Shown one piece after another: positions 1 through 9,800 of a stretch of DNA of 64,000 bases. Made by a program: the position numbers and the translations under genes. The notes beneath the pieces are model-generated. The model searched no databases and was not told the DNA's origin. It saw nothing but the letters and a program-made list of their open reading frames with translations. This DNA is from Acidobacteriota bacterium (GTDB lineage: Bacteria; Acidobacteriota; Thermoanaerobaculia; Multivoradales; JAGPDF01), in the NCBI GenBank assembly GCA_014584695.1, contig JACTMI010000008.1, positions 15,333 to 79,332 on the forward strand, written 5' to 3'. Within the stretch, counting starts at the first letter, position 1. The number at the start of each line of letters is the position of its first letter.

Positions 1-162
1 CTGGAGCTGCTGGTCGCCGGGGAGACCCTGCGGGCGAGCGCGGAGCGGTTGGGCGTCAGCTTCCACACCATCGACAACCACGTCCGCAGCATCTACTGCA
101 AGCTGCACGTCAACAGCCGCGCCCTCGCGGTGGCGAAAGCGATCCAGGAGGGACTGGTCTGA
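1..162 (+). CDS. LuxR/GerE-family transcriptional regulator, C-terminal HTH fragment (5' end outside window)
   Basis: In-frame translation from base 1 gives ...LELLVAGETLRASAERLGVSFHTIDNHVRSIYCKLHVNSRALAVAKAIQEGLV* with stop TGA at 160-162; classic GerE/LuxR HTH signature (VSxxTIxxHxxxIxxKL). Confidence 0.6.
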   Translation: MELLVAGETLRASAERLGVSFHTIDNHVRSIYCKLHVNSRALAVAKAIQEGLV

Positions 163-188
163 GCCGCAGGACAGGTCGCGACCGCGTG

Positions 189-2861
189 CTAACCGAGCGG
201 TTCGAAGCGCCCCTGGAAGAAGCGTAGCTCGGGCGGCTCGTAGGTGAAGCGCAGGCCGCGGATCGCGTCACGGCGCTGGTGGAGGCGGATGATCCCTTCC
301 GCCACGGCGCGCAGGTGGTCGTCCGAGTAGACGCGCCGCGGCAGCGTCAGCCGGACCAGCTCGAGCGCCGGCCGGTAGTTCACGCCCGCGTGGTCACGGC
401 CCTTCGAGACGTTGCCGCGCTCCATCGCCCGGACGCCGGTCTCGAGATAGAGCTCGCCCGCCAGCCGCTGCGCCGGGTACTCGTCCTGGTCGACGTGCGG
501 CAGGAAGCGCTTGGCGTCGAGGAAGACCGCGTGGCTGCCGGTCGGACGCACCACCGGCACGCCGGCCTCCTCCAGCCAGCCCGCCAGCCGCGCCGCCTGC
601 TCCACCCGCGAACGAATGTAGTGGTCGTCGACCATCTCGCGCATGCCCCGGGCCATCGCCGCGAGGTCGGCCGCGGGCAGGCCGCCATCGCGCACTCCGC
701 CTTCGTAGATGCGGATCTTGGCCTCCGCCTTGCGCGCCCAGTCGGCGTTGTTCTTGAAGGCGAGCAGACCGCCGATGTTGATCAGGTAGTCCTTCTTGCC
801 GGAGACGGTGCAGCCGTCGCCGTAGAGCATCATCTCGCGCAGGATCTCCTTGACCTTGGTGGCGTGGAAGCGCGAATCGTGCTTCTGGATCAGGTAGGCG
901 TTCTCGACCGCGCGCGTGGCGTCGAACATCACCGGAATGCCGTGAGAGCTGCAATAGGCGTAGACCTCGCGCAAGTTGTCCATCGACACCGGCTGCCCGC
1001 CCGCCATGTTGACCGAGTGCTCGAACGAGATGTAGGCGATCTGCGCCGCGCCGTGCTCGCTGACCAGGGCATCGAGCTTGGCGAGGTCGATGTTGCCCTT
1101 CCAGGGGAAATCCGAGGCGGGATCGTGGGCCTGGTCGACGATGACATCGACGAACACGCCGCCCGCCATCTCCTGGTGCACCTTGGTGGTGGTGAAGTAC
1201 ATGTTGCCTGGGACCAGCTGGCCGGGGCGGATCATCACCTCCGACAGGATCTGCTCGGCGGCGCGCCCCTGGTGAGTTGGCAGCACGTGCTCGTAGCCGT
1301 AGCAGTCGCGCACCGCGGCGGCGAGCTCGAGAAAGGCGTCGGTGGTCCCCGGGGTCGGCAGCGCGGCGTCGTAGGCGGCCCATTGGGTGGTCGACATCGC
1401 CGTGGTGCCGGAATCCGTCAGCAGATCGATCGTCACGTCGGCCGAGCGCAGCAGGAAGGTATTCCAGCCCGCCTCGCGAATGGCGCGCGCGCGCTGCTCC
1501 CGCGTCGTGCGGGCGATCGGCTCGAGGGTGTGCACGACGTAGGGGTCGCAGTCGAAGGCGAAGGCGTCGAGATCGGCGAAGAAGGAACGGAAGCGGAGCT
1601 GGTCGTGCCACTCGCCGTTGGCCTCGACTTCGAGTGGCGCCACCTTCTCGCGCTGGCGGTGGAGGGCGATCAGGGCGTCGGCCACCTGGTCGAGCTGGGT
1701 GTTGGTCATCGCCAGGCGCGGGATCTGGACCGGCAGCAGGGTGTCGCGACCGACCAGGCCCTGCGCCATCGCCCGCACGCCGGCGGTCTGGTAGAGCGCG
1801 CAGGCGAGGGCGTGCGCGGGGTGCTCACCGGCCTGGGGCAGGAACTCCGCGGCCTTGACGTAGGCCCCGTCGCAGCCGCGCTCGACCGGCACGCCCGCCG
1901 CGAGCAGGCGGGAGCTGAAGCGCTCGGTCTGGTGCATCACCCACTGCACCCCCGCCTCGTCGCACATCTCGGCCAGACCGCGCGCCAGCACCTCCATCGT
2001 GCGGCCGGCCATGCCGCCGTAGGTGTGCAGCCCCTCGAACACCACGACGTCGTTGATGAAGTGCTCGTGGTCGGCCGGGTTGTCGGTGGCGAGGAAACCG
2101 CCGGTATTGCAGCGCGGGTCCTGGGCGCCGTCCATCAGCACGACGTGGGCGGTCTTCGCGATCGCCCGCACCAGCTCGGCGATGGTGCGGTCGGCCATCC
2201 CCGGCTCGTGCCGCTGGACGAACCAGGCGTTTTCGATCACTCGCGAGACGTCGACGACCAGGCGCAACCCCGCGCGGTCCGCGAGCGCCCGCACGGCTCG
2301 CAGGTTGGCGAGGCTGAACGGATGCTGGCCGTCGGCGAACGCCTGGCAGCCGATGAACGGCGGCTTGCCCGTGCGGACGATCTCCTCGAGCCGGGCCAGG
2401 TCGAAGTTGCCGGTGAAGACGGGGGCGCCATGGTCCCGCGCGTCGAGGATCTCGATGCCGCGCGGCGCGTGGAGGTCGACGCGGCCGCGCGCGTTGGAGG
2501 GCAGGGACTGCCCCGCCTTGGCGAAGGCGCGCACCAGCAGCTTCACCGCCCCCAGCGAGTTGTGGGTCGGGCAGACGTAGGTGTGACCGAGCACGCGCGT
2601 GATCACCGCGTTCAGGGTCTCGAAGTTGCGCGCCCCGGCGTAGGCCTCGTCGCCGATCAGCTGGCCGGCGAGCTGCTCCTGGGTCATCGCGCTGGTGCCG
2701 TAGGAGACCATGTCGAAGGTCACCTGCGAGGGCGTCAGCTGGAAGACGTTGAAACGCGCCATCGAGAGGTTGCGCTTGCGTTCCTCGAGCGACGGGAACG
2801 CGATCGGACGCACGGTCTTGATCTTGTGCGGTTCGTGCAGCGGCAGAGCGAGGTTCGGCAT
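189..2861 (-). CDS. Tandem-domain beta-eliminating lyase (tyrosine phenol-lyase/tryptophanase family), 890 aa; N-terminal domain degenerate, C-terminal domain intact
   Basis: 890-aa ORF. The C-terminal half aligns end-to-end with TPL/TnaA (NTFLLRSADVTIDLLTDSGT, PTHQGRAAEQIL, GNMYFTTTKVHQE, PLP-lysine motif SGKKD, FLDAKRFLPH, RLTLPRRVY). The N-terminal half is a second copy with the lysine motif replaced by DGAQD and the substrate loop degenerate. RBS AAGGGGA lies upstream of the ATG at 2861. Confidence 0.85.
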   Translation of the reverse strand: MPNLALPLHEPHKIKTVRPIAFPSLEERKRNLSMARFNVFQLTPSQVTFDMVSYGTSAMTQEQLAGQLIGDEAYAGARNFETLNAVITRVLGHTYVCPTHNSLGAVKLLVRAFAKAGQSLPSNARGRVDLHAPRGIEILDARDHGAPVFTGNFDLARLEEIVRTGKPPFIGCQAFADGQHPFSLANLRAVRALADRAGLRLVVDVSRVIENAWFVQRHEPGMADRTIAELVRAIAKTAHVVLMDGAQDPRCNTGGFLATDNPADHEHFINDVVVFEGLHTYGGMAGRTMEVLARGLAEMCDEAGVQWVMHQTERFSSRLLAAGVPVERGCDGAYVKAAEFLPQAGEHPAHALACALYQTAGVRAMAQGLVGRDTLLPVQIPRLAMTNTQLDQVADALIALHRQREKVAPLEVEANGEWHDQLRFRSFFADLDAFAFDCDPYVVHTLEPIARTTREQRARAIREAGWNTFLLRSADVTIDLLTDSGTTAMSTTQWAAYDAALPTPGTTDAFLELAAAVRDCYGYEHVLPTHQGRAAEQILSEVMIRPGQLVPGNMYFTTTKVHQEMAGGVFVDVIVDQAHDPASDFPWKGNIDLAKLDALVSEHGAAQIAYISFEHSVNMAGGQPVSMDNLREVYAYCSSHGIPVMFDATRAVENAYLIQKHDSRFHATKVKEILREMMLYGDGCTVSGKKDYLINIGGLLAFKNNADWARKAEAKIRIYEGGVRDGGLPAADLAAMARGMREMVDDHYIRSRVEQAARLAGWLEEAGVPVVRPTGSHAVFLDAKRFLPHVDQDEYPAQRLAGELYLETGVRAMERGNVSKGRDHAGVNYRPALELVRLTLPRRVYSDDHLRAVAEGIIRLHQRRDAIRGLRFTYEPPELRFFQGRFEPLG

Positions 2862-3029
2862 GGCGGGAGCTCCCCTTCGCAGTCCCCGATAGTCTAGTAA
2901 GCCAGGACGCCGAAATTGAACCCCTCCTGCTAGGCTGTTCCCGGCATTCTCCTAAAACACTTAACTCTCACCAGCAAGAGACACAACGATCTATCGTCCA
3001 GATCCACGCCACGCCCCAGCACGCCCCCG

Positions 3030-3660
3030 CATGCCCCCGTACGCCACCTCCATGCCACTCCACGCCGCTCTGCTCCGCTCCTTCCTGACCAGACTGCGCG
3101 CCGGCGACACCGAGGTGCCTGCTGCAGCGAGAAGCAAAGGCCTTCTGTTGAAGGGGGTGGCCTCCGCCACGAACGCGGCGAGCTCGCAACGGCTGCTGCA
3201 GCGGCGACACTCCTCCCCTTCTATGGAGCTTCTGAGCGCTTCCTCCCCAGCGAGCGCTCAGCTCGGAGAGCGACCCTCCCGAGGTGCGGTGGCTCGAGCG
3301 CAGGTGGTCGAGCAGGCGAAAAGCAAAAGCGTGCTGTTGAAGGGGGTGACCTCCGTCACGAAGGCGGCGAGCTCGCAACGGCTGCCGCAACGGCGACACT
3401 CCTCCCCTTCTATGGAGCTTCTGAGCGCTTCCTCCCCAGCGAGCGCTCAGCCCGGAGAGCGACCCTCCCGAGGTGCGGTGGCTCGAGCGCAGGTGGTCGG
3501 GCAGGCGAAAAGCAAAAGCGTGCTGTTGAAGGGGGTGACCTCCGTCACGACGGCGGCGAGCTCGCAACGGCTGCTGCAGCGGCGACACTCCTCCCCTTCT
3601 ATGGAGCTTCTTCATCGCCCGGCCCACCGATCCGTCCGTGCCCGCAGCGGAGGGCTGTGA
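3030..3660. repeat. Tandem repeat locus 1: about 3.4 copies of a ~180-bp unit (same family as loci at 35994, 62526 and 50555; inverted orientation here)
   Basis: Motif ctatggagcttctgagcgcttcctcccc recurs at 3231/3411/3591 (period 180). The reverse complement matches the locus-3 unit core (agaagctccatagaagggg...gtcacccccttcaacag). A GA-rich tract (3690-3790) flanks it. Confidence 0.8.
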
Positions 3661-3790
3661 CTCACCGTTGGGCAAGAGATGAGCGATGAAGGAAAGTCAG
3701 GTGATCAGGAATGCGGGGGAGTTGGAGAGTAGGAAAGAAGGCAGGTAGGAAAGTGGGCAGGTAGGAAAGAAGGCAGGGAAGGGGGAGCTC

Positions 3791-4291
3791 ATGAGCCCGG
3801 AGTCGGCACGGCTGCTCGATGGGACGGGATGGCGGATTCTGGAGGAGCTGCAGGAGGACGGGCGGATGACGTTCACGGAGCTCGGCCGGCGGGTGGGGCT
3901 GTCGACGCCGGCGGTGGCGGAACGGGTCCGGCAGCTCGAGGCGGCCGGGATCGTGCGCGGCTTTCGCGCCGAAATCGATCTCGCCCGCGTCGGCTTGCCG
4001 GTCCTCGCGGTGGTCCGCATGAGCGTCGTGGGCGACGTGCTCGGACGAATCACCGCCGTCGCCCAGGAGCTTCCCGAAGTGCTCGAGTGCCACCGCGGCA
4101 CCGGCGCCGACTCCTTCATCATGAAGGTGGCGGTCGCCTCGGTCGAACAGCTCGAGCGCTTGATCGACCGCCTGACCCCCTTCGGCACCACCTCGACCTC
4201 GATCGTCCTCTCGTCACCGGTGCCGCGGCGGACGCTGCGGGCCACGACGCCGCCAGCTCCCGCCCACCCACCGCCTCGCCGCCGACGCTGA
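3791..4291 (+). CDS. Lrp/AsnC-family transcriptional regulator
   Basis: 166 aa; an N-terminal HTH (LDGTGWRILEELQEDGRMTFTELGRRVGLSTPAVAERVRQLEAAGIV) plus a RAM/ACT-like C-terminal domain. ATG at 3791 follows GGGGGAG. Confidence 0.85.
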   Translation: MSPESARLLDGTGWRILEELQEDGRMTFTELGRRVGLSTPAVAERVRQLEAAGIVRGFRAEIDLARVGLPVLAVVRMSVVGDVLGRITAVAQELPEVLECHRGTGADSFIMKVAVASVEQLERLIDRLTPFGTTSTSIVLSSPVPRRTLRATTPPAPAHPPPRRRR

Positions 4292-4374
4292 ACGCGACCG
4301 CTCGCCGCCGTCGCCCCGCCCCCCATCCTCCATCCCCCCTCCCCGCTCCTCGCTCCTCGATCCCCGCGTGGGGC

Positions 4375-4403
4375 TTGACAGGGGGCGGGAGCCCGCCTAT
4401 CAT
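4375..4403 (+). promoter_or_regulatory. Sigma70-type promoter TTGACA-N17-TATCAT placed 10 nt upstream of the TolC-like ATG (near-leaderless transcript)
   Basis: TTGACA at 4375-4380, a 17-nt GC-rich spacer, TATCAT at 4398-4403, and ATG at 4414. It is preceded by a ~55-nt C/T-rich tract (4315-4367). Confidence 0.5.
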
Positions 4404-4413
4404 TCATCGCTGT

Positions 4414-5775
4414 ATGGTCATATATCGACACATTGCCAGCCTGGCGGCGGCCGCGCTCGTCGGCGCCGCGACCCTCTCCGCCCAAGCCCCAGCGGCCCTT
4501 TCGCTCGCCGATGCGCTGGCGCGCGGGCGCTCCGGCGCCCGTGAGGCGGTGGCCGCCTCGGCGCGCCAGCGGGCCGCCGAGGCGCGCGCCCGCGAGGCCG
4601 CCGGCCACCGTCTGCCGCAGGTCCGGCTCTCCGAGCAGTGGATCCGTACCGACTCGCCCGCCGATGCCTTCGGGCTGTTGCTCAACCAGGAGCGCTTCTC
4701 CTTCCCCGACTTCGTCTCCGGGGATCCCAACTCCCCCGACGCGCTCGAGACCGCGATCACGCGCCTCGAAGTCGAGGTCCCGATCTGGACCGGCGGGGAG
4801 CTCTCGACTCGCATCCGGCAGGCCCGTCTCGCCGCCGAGGCGGCCGCGGAGAGCGCGGCCCGCGCCGGGGATCGCGCCGCCGTCGACGCCGCCGAATCCT
4901 GGATTCGGCTGGCCCAGGCGCGCGAGGGCGTGGCCCTGCTCGAGAAGGCTCGCGACACCGTCGCCGCCCACGTCGATCTGGCGCGCAACTACGCCGCGCA
5001 GGGGATGCTGGTCCGCTCCGAGCTGCTGCGCGCCGAAGTCGAGCTCGCGAAGCTCGACGACCTGCTTTCGGAGGCGCGCGGCAATGCGCGGGTGGCCGAG
5101 GCGAATCTCGGCTTCCGCATCGGCGAGCCGATCGATACCACCTACGCGCTCGCGCCGCTCGCCGAGCCCCCCGCGCTCACCCGCGACCGGCAGGGGTGGA
5201 TCGCCGCCACGGCCGCCCGCCGCGACCTCGCCGGGGCGCGCAAGCTGCTCGAGGCCGGCGAGCTCGAGGCCAAGGCGATCCAGGGCGGGCTGCTGCCCCG
5301 CATCGGCGTCGTCGCGCGCCACGATCTGGTCGACGACCAGCTCTTCGGCTCGCACGGCGACTCGACGACGATCGCCGCGATGGTGACCTTCGACCTGTTC
5401 GATGGCGGCAAGAAGCGCGCGGCGCTCGCCGCCGCCCGGGCCGAGGCCGAGGCCGGCCGCGCCGACGTCGAGCGCTTCGCCGAGGGAGTCCAGCTCGAGG
5501 CCAAGCACGCCTTCGAGACCGCCGCCGTCGCGCTCGAGCGTCGAGCCACCGCCGCCGCGGCGCTCGCCGCCGCGGACGAGGCGGTGCGCATCGTCGAGGA
5601 CCGCTTCCGCGCCGGCGTGGTCAAGACCACCGACCTGCTCGACGCCACCACCGCCCGCCGCGAGGCCGAGATGCGCGAGCTGGTCGCGCGCGCCGACGCC
5701 TGGCTCGCCCAGCTCCAGCTCGCGCTCGCCGCCGGCGAGCGACCCGAATCCGTGCTCGCATCCGTCCAACCGTGA
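4414..5775 (+). CDS. TolC-family outer membrane efflux protein (OMF component of the RND system)
   Basis: 453 aa starting MVIYRHIASLAAAALVGAATLSAQA (signal peptide). Two-repeat OMF architecture with conserved LSLADALARG..., RLEVEVPIWTGGEL and FDGGKKRAA segments. In frame with ORF 3829..5775. Confidence 0.85.
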   Translation: MVIYRHIASLAAAALVGAATLSAQAPAALSLADALARGRSGAREAVAASARQRAAEARAREAAGHRLPQVRLSEQWIRTDSPADAFGLLLNQERFSFPDFVSGDPNSPDALETAITRLEVEVPIWTGGELSTRIRQARLAAEAAAESAARAGDRAAVDAAESWIRLAQAREGVALLEKARDTVAAHVDLARNYAAQGMLVRSELLRAEVELAKLDDLLSEARGNARVAEANLGFRIGEPIDTTYALAPLAEPPALTRDRQGWIAATAARRDLAGARKLLEAGELEAKAIQGGLLPRIGVVARHDLVDDQLFGSHGDSTTIAAMVTFDLFDGGKKRAALAAARAEAEAGRADVERFAEGVQLEAKHAFETAAVALERRATAAAALAAADEAVRIVEDRFRAGVVKTTDLLDATTARREAEMRELVARADAWLAQLQLALAAGERPESVLASVQP

Positions 5776-5795
5776 ACCCGAGGGAGACCCATCCC

Positions 5796-6887
5796 GTGAA
5801 GATCCGCCTCGCCTTCGCCTCGCTCTCGCTCGCCGCCCTGGCGCTCGCCGCCTGCGGTGGGCGTCCGGCCGTGGTGCCCGCGACCGAACCGGCGCCCGTC
5901 TCGGCGCGCGTCGCGGTCGCCGAACGCGCCGCCACCGAGCGCCGCACCGAGCTCGCCGGCACCGTCGCGGCCGAGAGGTCGACCGCCGTCTCCTCCCGCG
6001 TCATGGCGCTCGTCACGGCCGTTCCCGTCGCGCTGGGCGACGAAGTCCGCGCCGGCCAGACGCTGGTCGCGATCGACCCCACCGCCGCCGAGGGCCAGGT
6101 CGCCCAGGCGCGCGGCGCGCTGGCGCAGGCCGAGGCCGCGCTCACTCTCGCACGGCGCAACCACGAGCGCTTCCAGGCGCTCGCCGCCACCCGGTCCGCC
6201 TCCGAGCTCGAGGTCGACCTCGCGCGCATGCAGCTCGAGCAGGCCGAAGGGGCGGTCGAGCAGGCCCGCGGCGCGGTCGCCGCGGCGAGCTCGGTGGCCC
6301 GCGAGTCGCGCGTCGTCGCGCCGTTCGCGGGGCGGGTCTCGGCGCGCCTAGTCGAGGTCGGCGATCTGGCGGCGCCCGGACGTCCGTTGGTGATGATCGA
6401 GTCGCGCGGCGGCCGGCGGCTGGTCGTGGCGGTGCCGGAGACCCTCGCCGGCGGCGCGGCCCTGGCCCCCGGCGCTCCGATCGCGGTGACTCTCGACGCC
6501 CAACCGACGCTCGGCGAGCTCGCCGGCCGCGTCGCCGAAATCTCCCCCGGTCCCGACCCGGTGACCCACGCCTACACCGTCAAGATCGACCTGCCCCTCG
6601 ACCCCGGCGTGGCGGTGCCGGCGGGCGCCGCCGGACGGGCGCACGTGCCGGCCGGCGAGCGCGCCACCGTGCGCGTCCCGCGCGAGGCGTTGATCGAGAG
6701 CGGCGGTCTCACCCTGGTCGTCGTGCGCGACGACGCGGGCAGGGCGCAGTCGCGCGTCGTCACCGTCGGTGCCGCCGCCGCCGACGGCCGCGTCGAGATC
6801 CTCTCCGGCCTCGCTGGCGGCGAGTCCGTCGCGCTCGGTCTCGCCGTGGCACCCGCCGCCGGCGCCCGCTTCGAGGTGGTGCCGTGA
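5796..6887 (+). CDS. RND efflux membrane fusion protein (periplasmic adaptor, HlyD/AcrA family), lipoprotein
   Basis: GTG start at 5796 after GAGGGAGA. Lipobox LAALALAACGG, biotinyl-lipoyl-like and beta-barrel MFP segments (GQTLVAIDP, VVAPFAGRVSARLVEVGDL). Its stop overlaps the next gene's start (GTGA). Confidence 0.85.
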   Translation: MKIRLAFASLSLAALALAACGGRPAVVPATEPAPVSARVAVAERAATERRTELAGTVAAERSTAVSSRVMALVTAVPVALGDEVRAGQTLVAIDPTAAEGQVAQARGALAQAEAALTLARRNHERFQALAATRSASELEVDLARMQLEQAEGAVEQARGAVAAASSVARESRVVAPFAGRVSARLVEVGDLAAPGRPLVMIESRGGRRLVVAVPETLAGGAALAPGAPIAVTLDAQPTLGELAGRVAEISPGPDPVTHAYTVKIDLPLDPGVAVPAGAAGRAHVPAGERATVRVPREALIESGGLTLVVVRDDAGRAQSRVVTVGAAAADGRVEILSGLAGGESVALGLAVAPAAGARFEVVP

Positions 6888-9800
6888 GCCCCGACGAATC
6901 GACGCGGCCCGGTGTCGGGAGCGGCGCGGGTCTGCCCGAGCGGACGCGACGCGAAGCGCTCCGGCTGCGCCAGACCCGCAAACCGCTCGGCTTCGCCGGC
7001 AAGGTCGCCGCCGCCTTCCTCGACTCGAAGCTGACCCCTCTTCTGGTCGTCGCGTCCCTGCTGCTCGGTGCCTTTGCGGTGCTGGTGACGCCGCGCGAGG
7101 AGGAGCCGCAGATCAAAGTGCCGATGGTCGATGTCTTCGTGCAGCTGCCCGGCGCCACCGCCGAGGAGGTCGAGCGCCGGCTGGTGACACCGCTCGAAAA
7201 GGCGCTGTTCGAGATCCCCGGCGTCGAGCACGTCTACTCGACCTCGCAGCCGTCCGGCGGCATGATCATCGTGCGCTACCTGGTCGGCACCGACCCGGAC
7301 CGCGCCGCGCTCGCCGTCCACACCAAGCTGGCGGAGAAGGCCGCCGAGCTGCCTGCCGGCGCGCCGCCGCCGTTGGTCGTGCCGCGCGGCATCGACGACG
7401 TGCCGGCGCTCGCCTACACCCTCTGGTCGGAAACGGCGACGCCGCTCGAGCTCCGGCAGGTCGCGCAAGAGCTGCGCGCCGAGCTGGTCCGCCATCCGCG
7501 GGTCGCCCAGGTCCACGTCTTGGGCGGAGTGCGGCGCGCGATCACGGTCCGCTTCGACCGCGAGCGCCTCGCCGCGCACCAGGTCTCGATCCTGCAGGTC
7601 TACCAGGCGCTCGCCGGCCTCGATTGGAAGCTGCCCGCGGGCAGCTTCGCCGCCGGCGACGTCGACACCGAGGTCGAAGTCGGCGCCCTCTTCCGCTCCG
7701 CCGACGAGGTCGCCGCCGCGGTGGTGGGCGTCTACCCGGACGGCGCCGGCGGCCGCCGCCCGGTCTACCTGCGCGACGTCGCCACCGTCGCCGACGGTCC
7801 CGACGAGCCCGCCCAATACGTCTGGATGACCGCCGGCGCCGCCGGCGCGCACAAGCGGCTGCCGGCCGGCCTCGACACCCCGGCGGTGACGCTCGCCATC
7901 GCCAAGAAGCCCGGCACCAACGCCGTCGACCTGGTCGCGGAGCTCGACGCCCTGGTGGCGCGGCTGGCGGGCCCGCTGCTGCCGGCCAACGTCGAGATCA
8001 CCAAGACCCGCGACTACGGCTTCACCGCCGACGAGAAGTCGAGCGAGCTGATGAAGCACCTCGGGCTCGCCACCCTCTCCGTGGTCTTGCTCATGGCGCT
8101 CGCCCTCGGGCGCCGCGAGGCGGTGGTGGTGCTGGTCGCCGTGCCGGTGACCCTGGCGCTGACCCTGGCCTCTTCCTACCTGTTCGGCTACACGCTCAAC
8201 CGGGTGACGTTGTTCGCGCTGATCTTCGCCATCGGCATCCTGGTCGACGACGCCATCGTTGTGGTCGAGAACATTCACCGCCACTTCCAGCTCGGCTGGA
8301 CCCACCCTCGCCACGCCACCGTCTACGCCACCGACGAGGTCGGCAACCCGACGATTCTCGCCACCTTCACGGTGATCGGCGCCCTGCTGCCGCTCGCTTT
8401 CGTCTCCGGATTGATGGGCCCCTACATGCGGCCGATCCCGATCAACGCCTCGGCGGCGATGCTCTTCTCGCTGATCGTGGCCTTCGTCGTCTCGCCGTGG
8501 CTCACCTACCGGCTGTTCCGCAAGCACGCCGAGGCGATGGCCTCGGGACAGCACGACAAGCCCGGCGCGGCGACCGAGCAGGAGGGCCGGCTCGACCGGC
8601 TCTACCAGCGGATCTTCGCGCCGTTGCTCGCCTCGCGCCTCAAGCGCTGGGCGCTGCTCGCCGGAGTCGCGATCCTGCTGGTCGCGTCGGTGATGCTCTT
8701 CCCGTTCCGCTTCGCGGCGGTCAAGATGCTGCCGCACGACAACAAGAGCGAGCTCCAGGTGGTGATCGACATGCCCGAGGGCACGACCCTCGAGCGGACC
8801 GCCGCGGTCGCCCGCGAGCTGGCGATGACCGTGCGCTCCCTGCCCGAAGTCACCGACGTCGAGACCTACGTCGGCACGTCGGCGCCGTTCAGCTTCAATG
8901 GCCTCGTGCGTCACTACTTCCTGCGCTCGGGCCCGCTGGTGGCCGACCTGCAGGTCAACCTGCTGCCCAAGCACGATCGCAAGCGCGCCAGTCACGACTT
9001 CGCCAAGCAGCTGCGGCCGCTGCTGGCGCCGATCGCCGCGCGGCACGGCGCCAACGTCAAGGTCACCGAGGTGCCGCCGGGGCCGCCCGTGCTGTCGACG
9101 CTGGTGGCCGAGGTCTACGCGCCGACTCCGGCCGAGCGCCTCTCCCTCGCCGAGCAGGTCAAGGCGATCTTCGAGAGCACGCCCGGCGTCGTCGACGTCG
9201 ACTGGTACGTCGAGGGCCCCGGTCCCAAGCTCGAGCTCGAAGTCGACCGCGAGAAGGCGGCGCGCGCCGGCGTCTCACCAGAGGTCGTCGCCCGCACGCT
9301 CCGGGTGGCGCTCGCCGGCGCCGACGCCGCCCACCTCTCGGATCCGCGCGCGCGCGAGCCGGTGCCGGTCACGCTCCGTCTCGACCGCGCCCAGCGCTCG
9401 GGCGCGGCGGAGCTGCTGGCGGTCGACGTCCACGGCGCGGATGGCCGCCTGGTGCCGCTCTCCGAGCTGGTGCGGCCGGTCGAGACGGTCCGGGCGCCGT
9501 TCGTCTACCACAAGAACCTGCGGCCCGTGACCTACGTGCTGGGTGACGTCGCCCCCACCAGGCCGGGCAGCTCCGCCGAGTCACCCGTCTACGCGATCGC
9601 CGACATGGGGGAGCGCATCGGCGCGCTGCGTGACGCCGCCGGCCGGCCGCTCGAGGTCCTCTTCTCCGGCCGCCCGGCCGACGGCACGCGCTCGGCGCTG
9701 GTCTGGGACGGCGAGTGGCAGGTGACGCACGACGTCTTCCTGGACATGGGGATCGCCTTCGCCGCCGTGCTGGTGCTGATCTACCTGCTGGTCGTCGGCT

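Noticed and set aside
197-215. tRNA-like T-arm sequence (ggttcgaa) at about 200 and (cttcgaact) at about 50355
   Set aside because: Neither has an acceptor stem, anticodon arm or overall cloverleaf. The first lies inside the lyase CDS and the second is part of the terminator-proximal spacer.
3031-3660. 209-aa (+) and 235-aa (-) ORFs spanning repeat locus 1 as protein-coding genes
   Set aside because: The ORFs exist only because the repeat period (180 bp) is a multiple of 3. The same family at other loci has periods of 80-81 and 177-187 with no ORF. There is no RBS, and the translations are low-complexity repeats.
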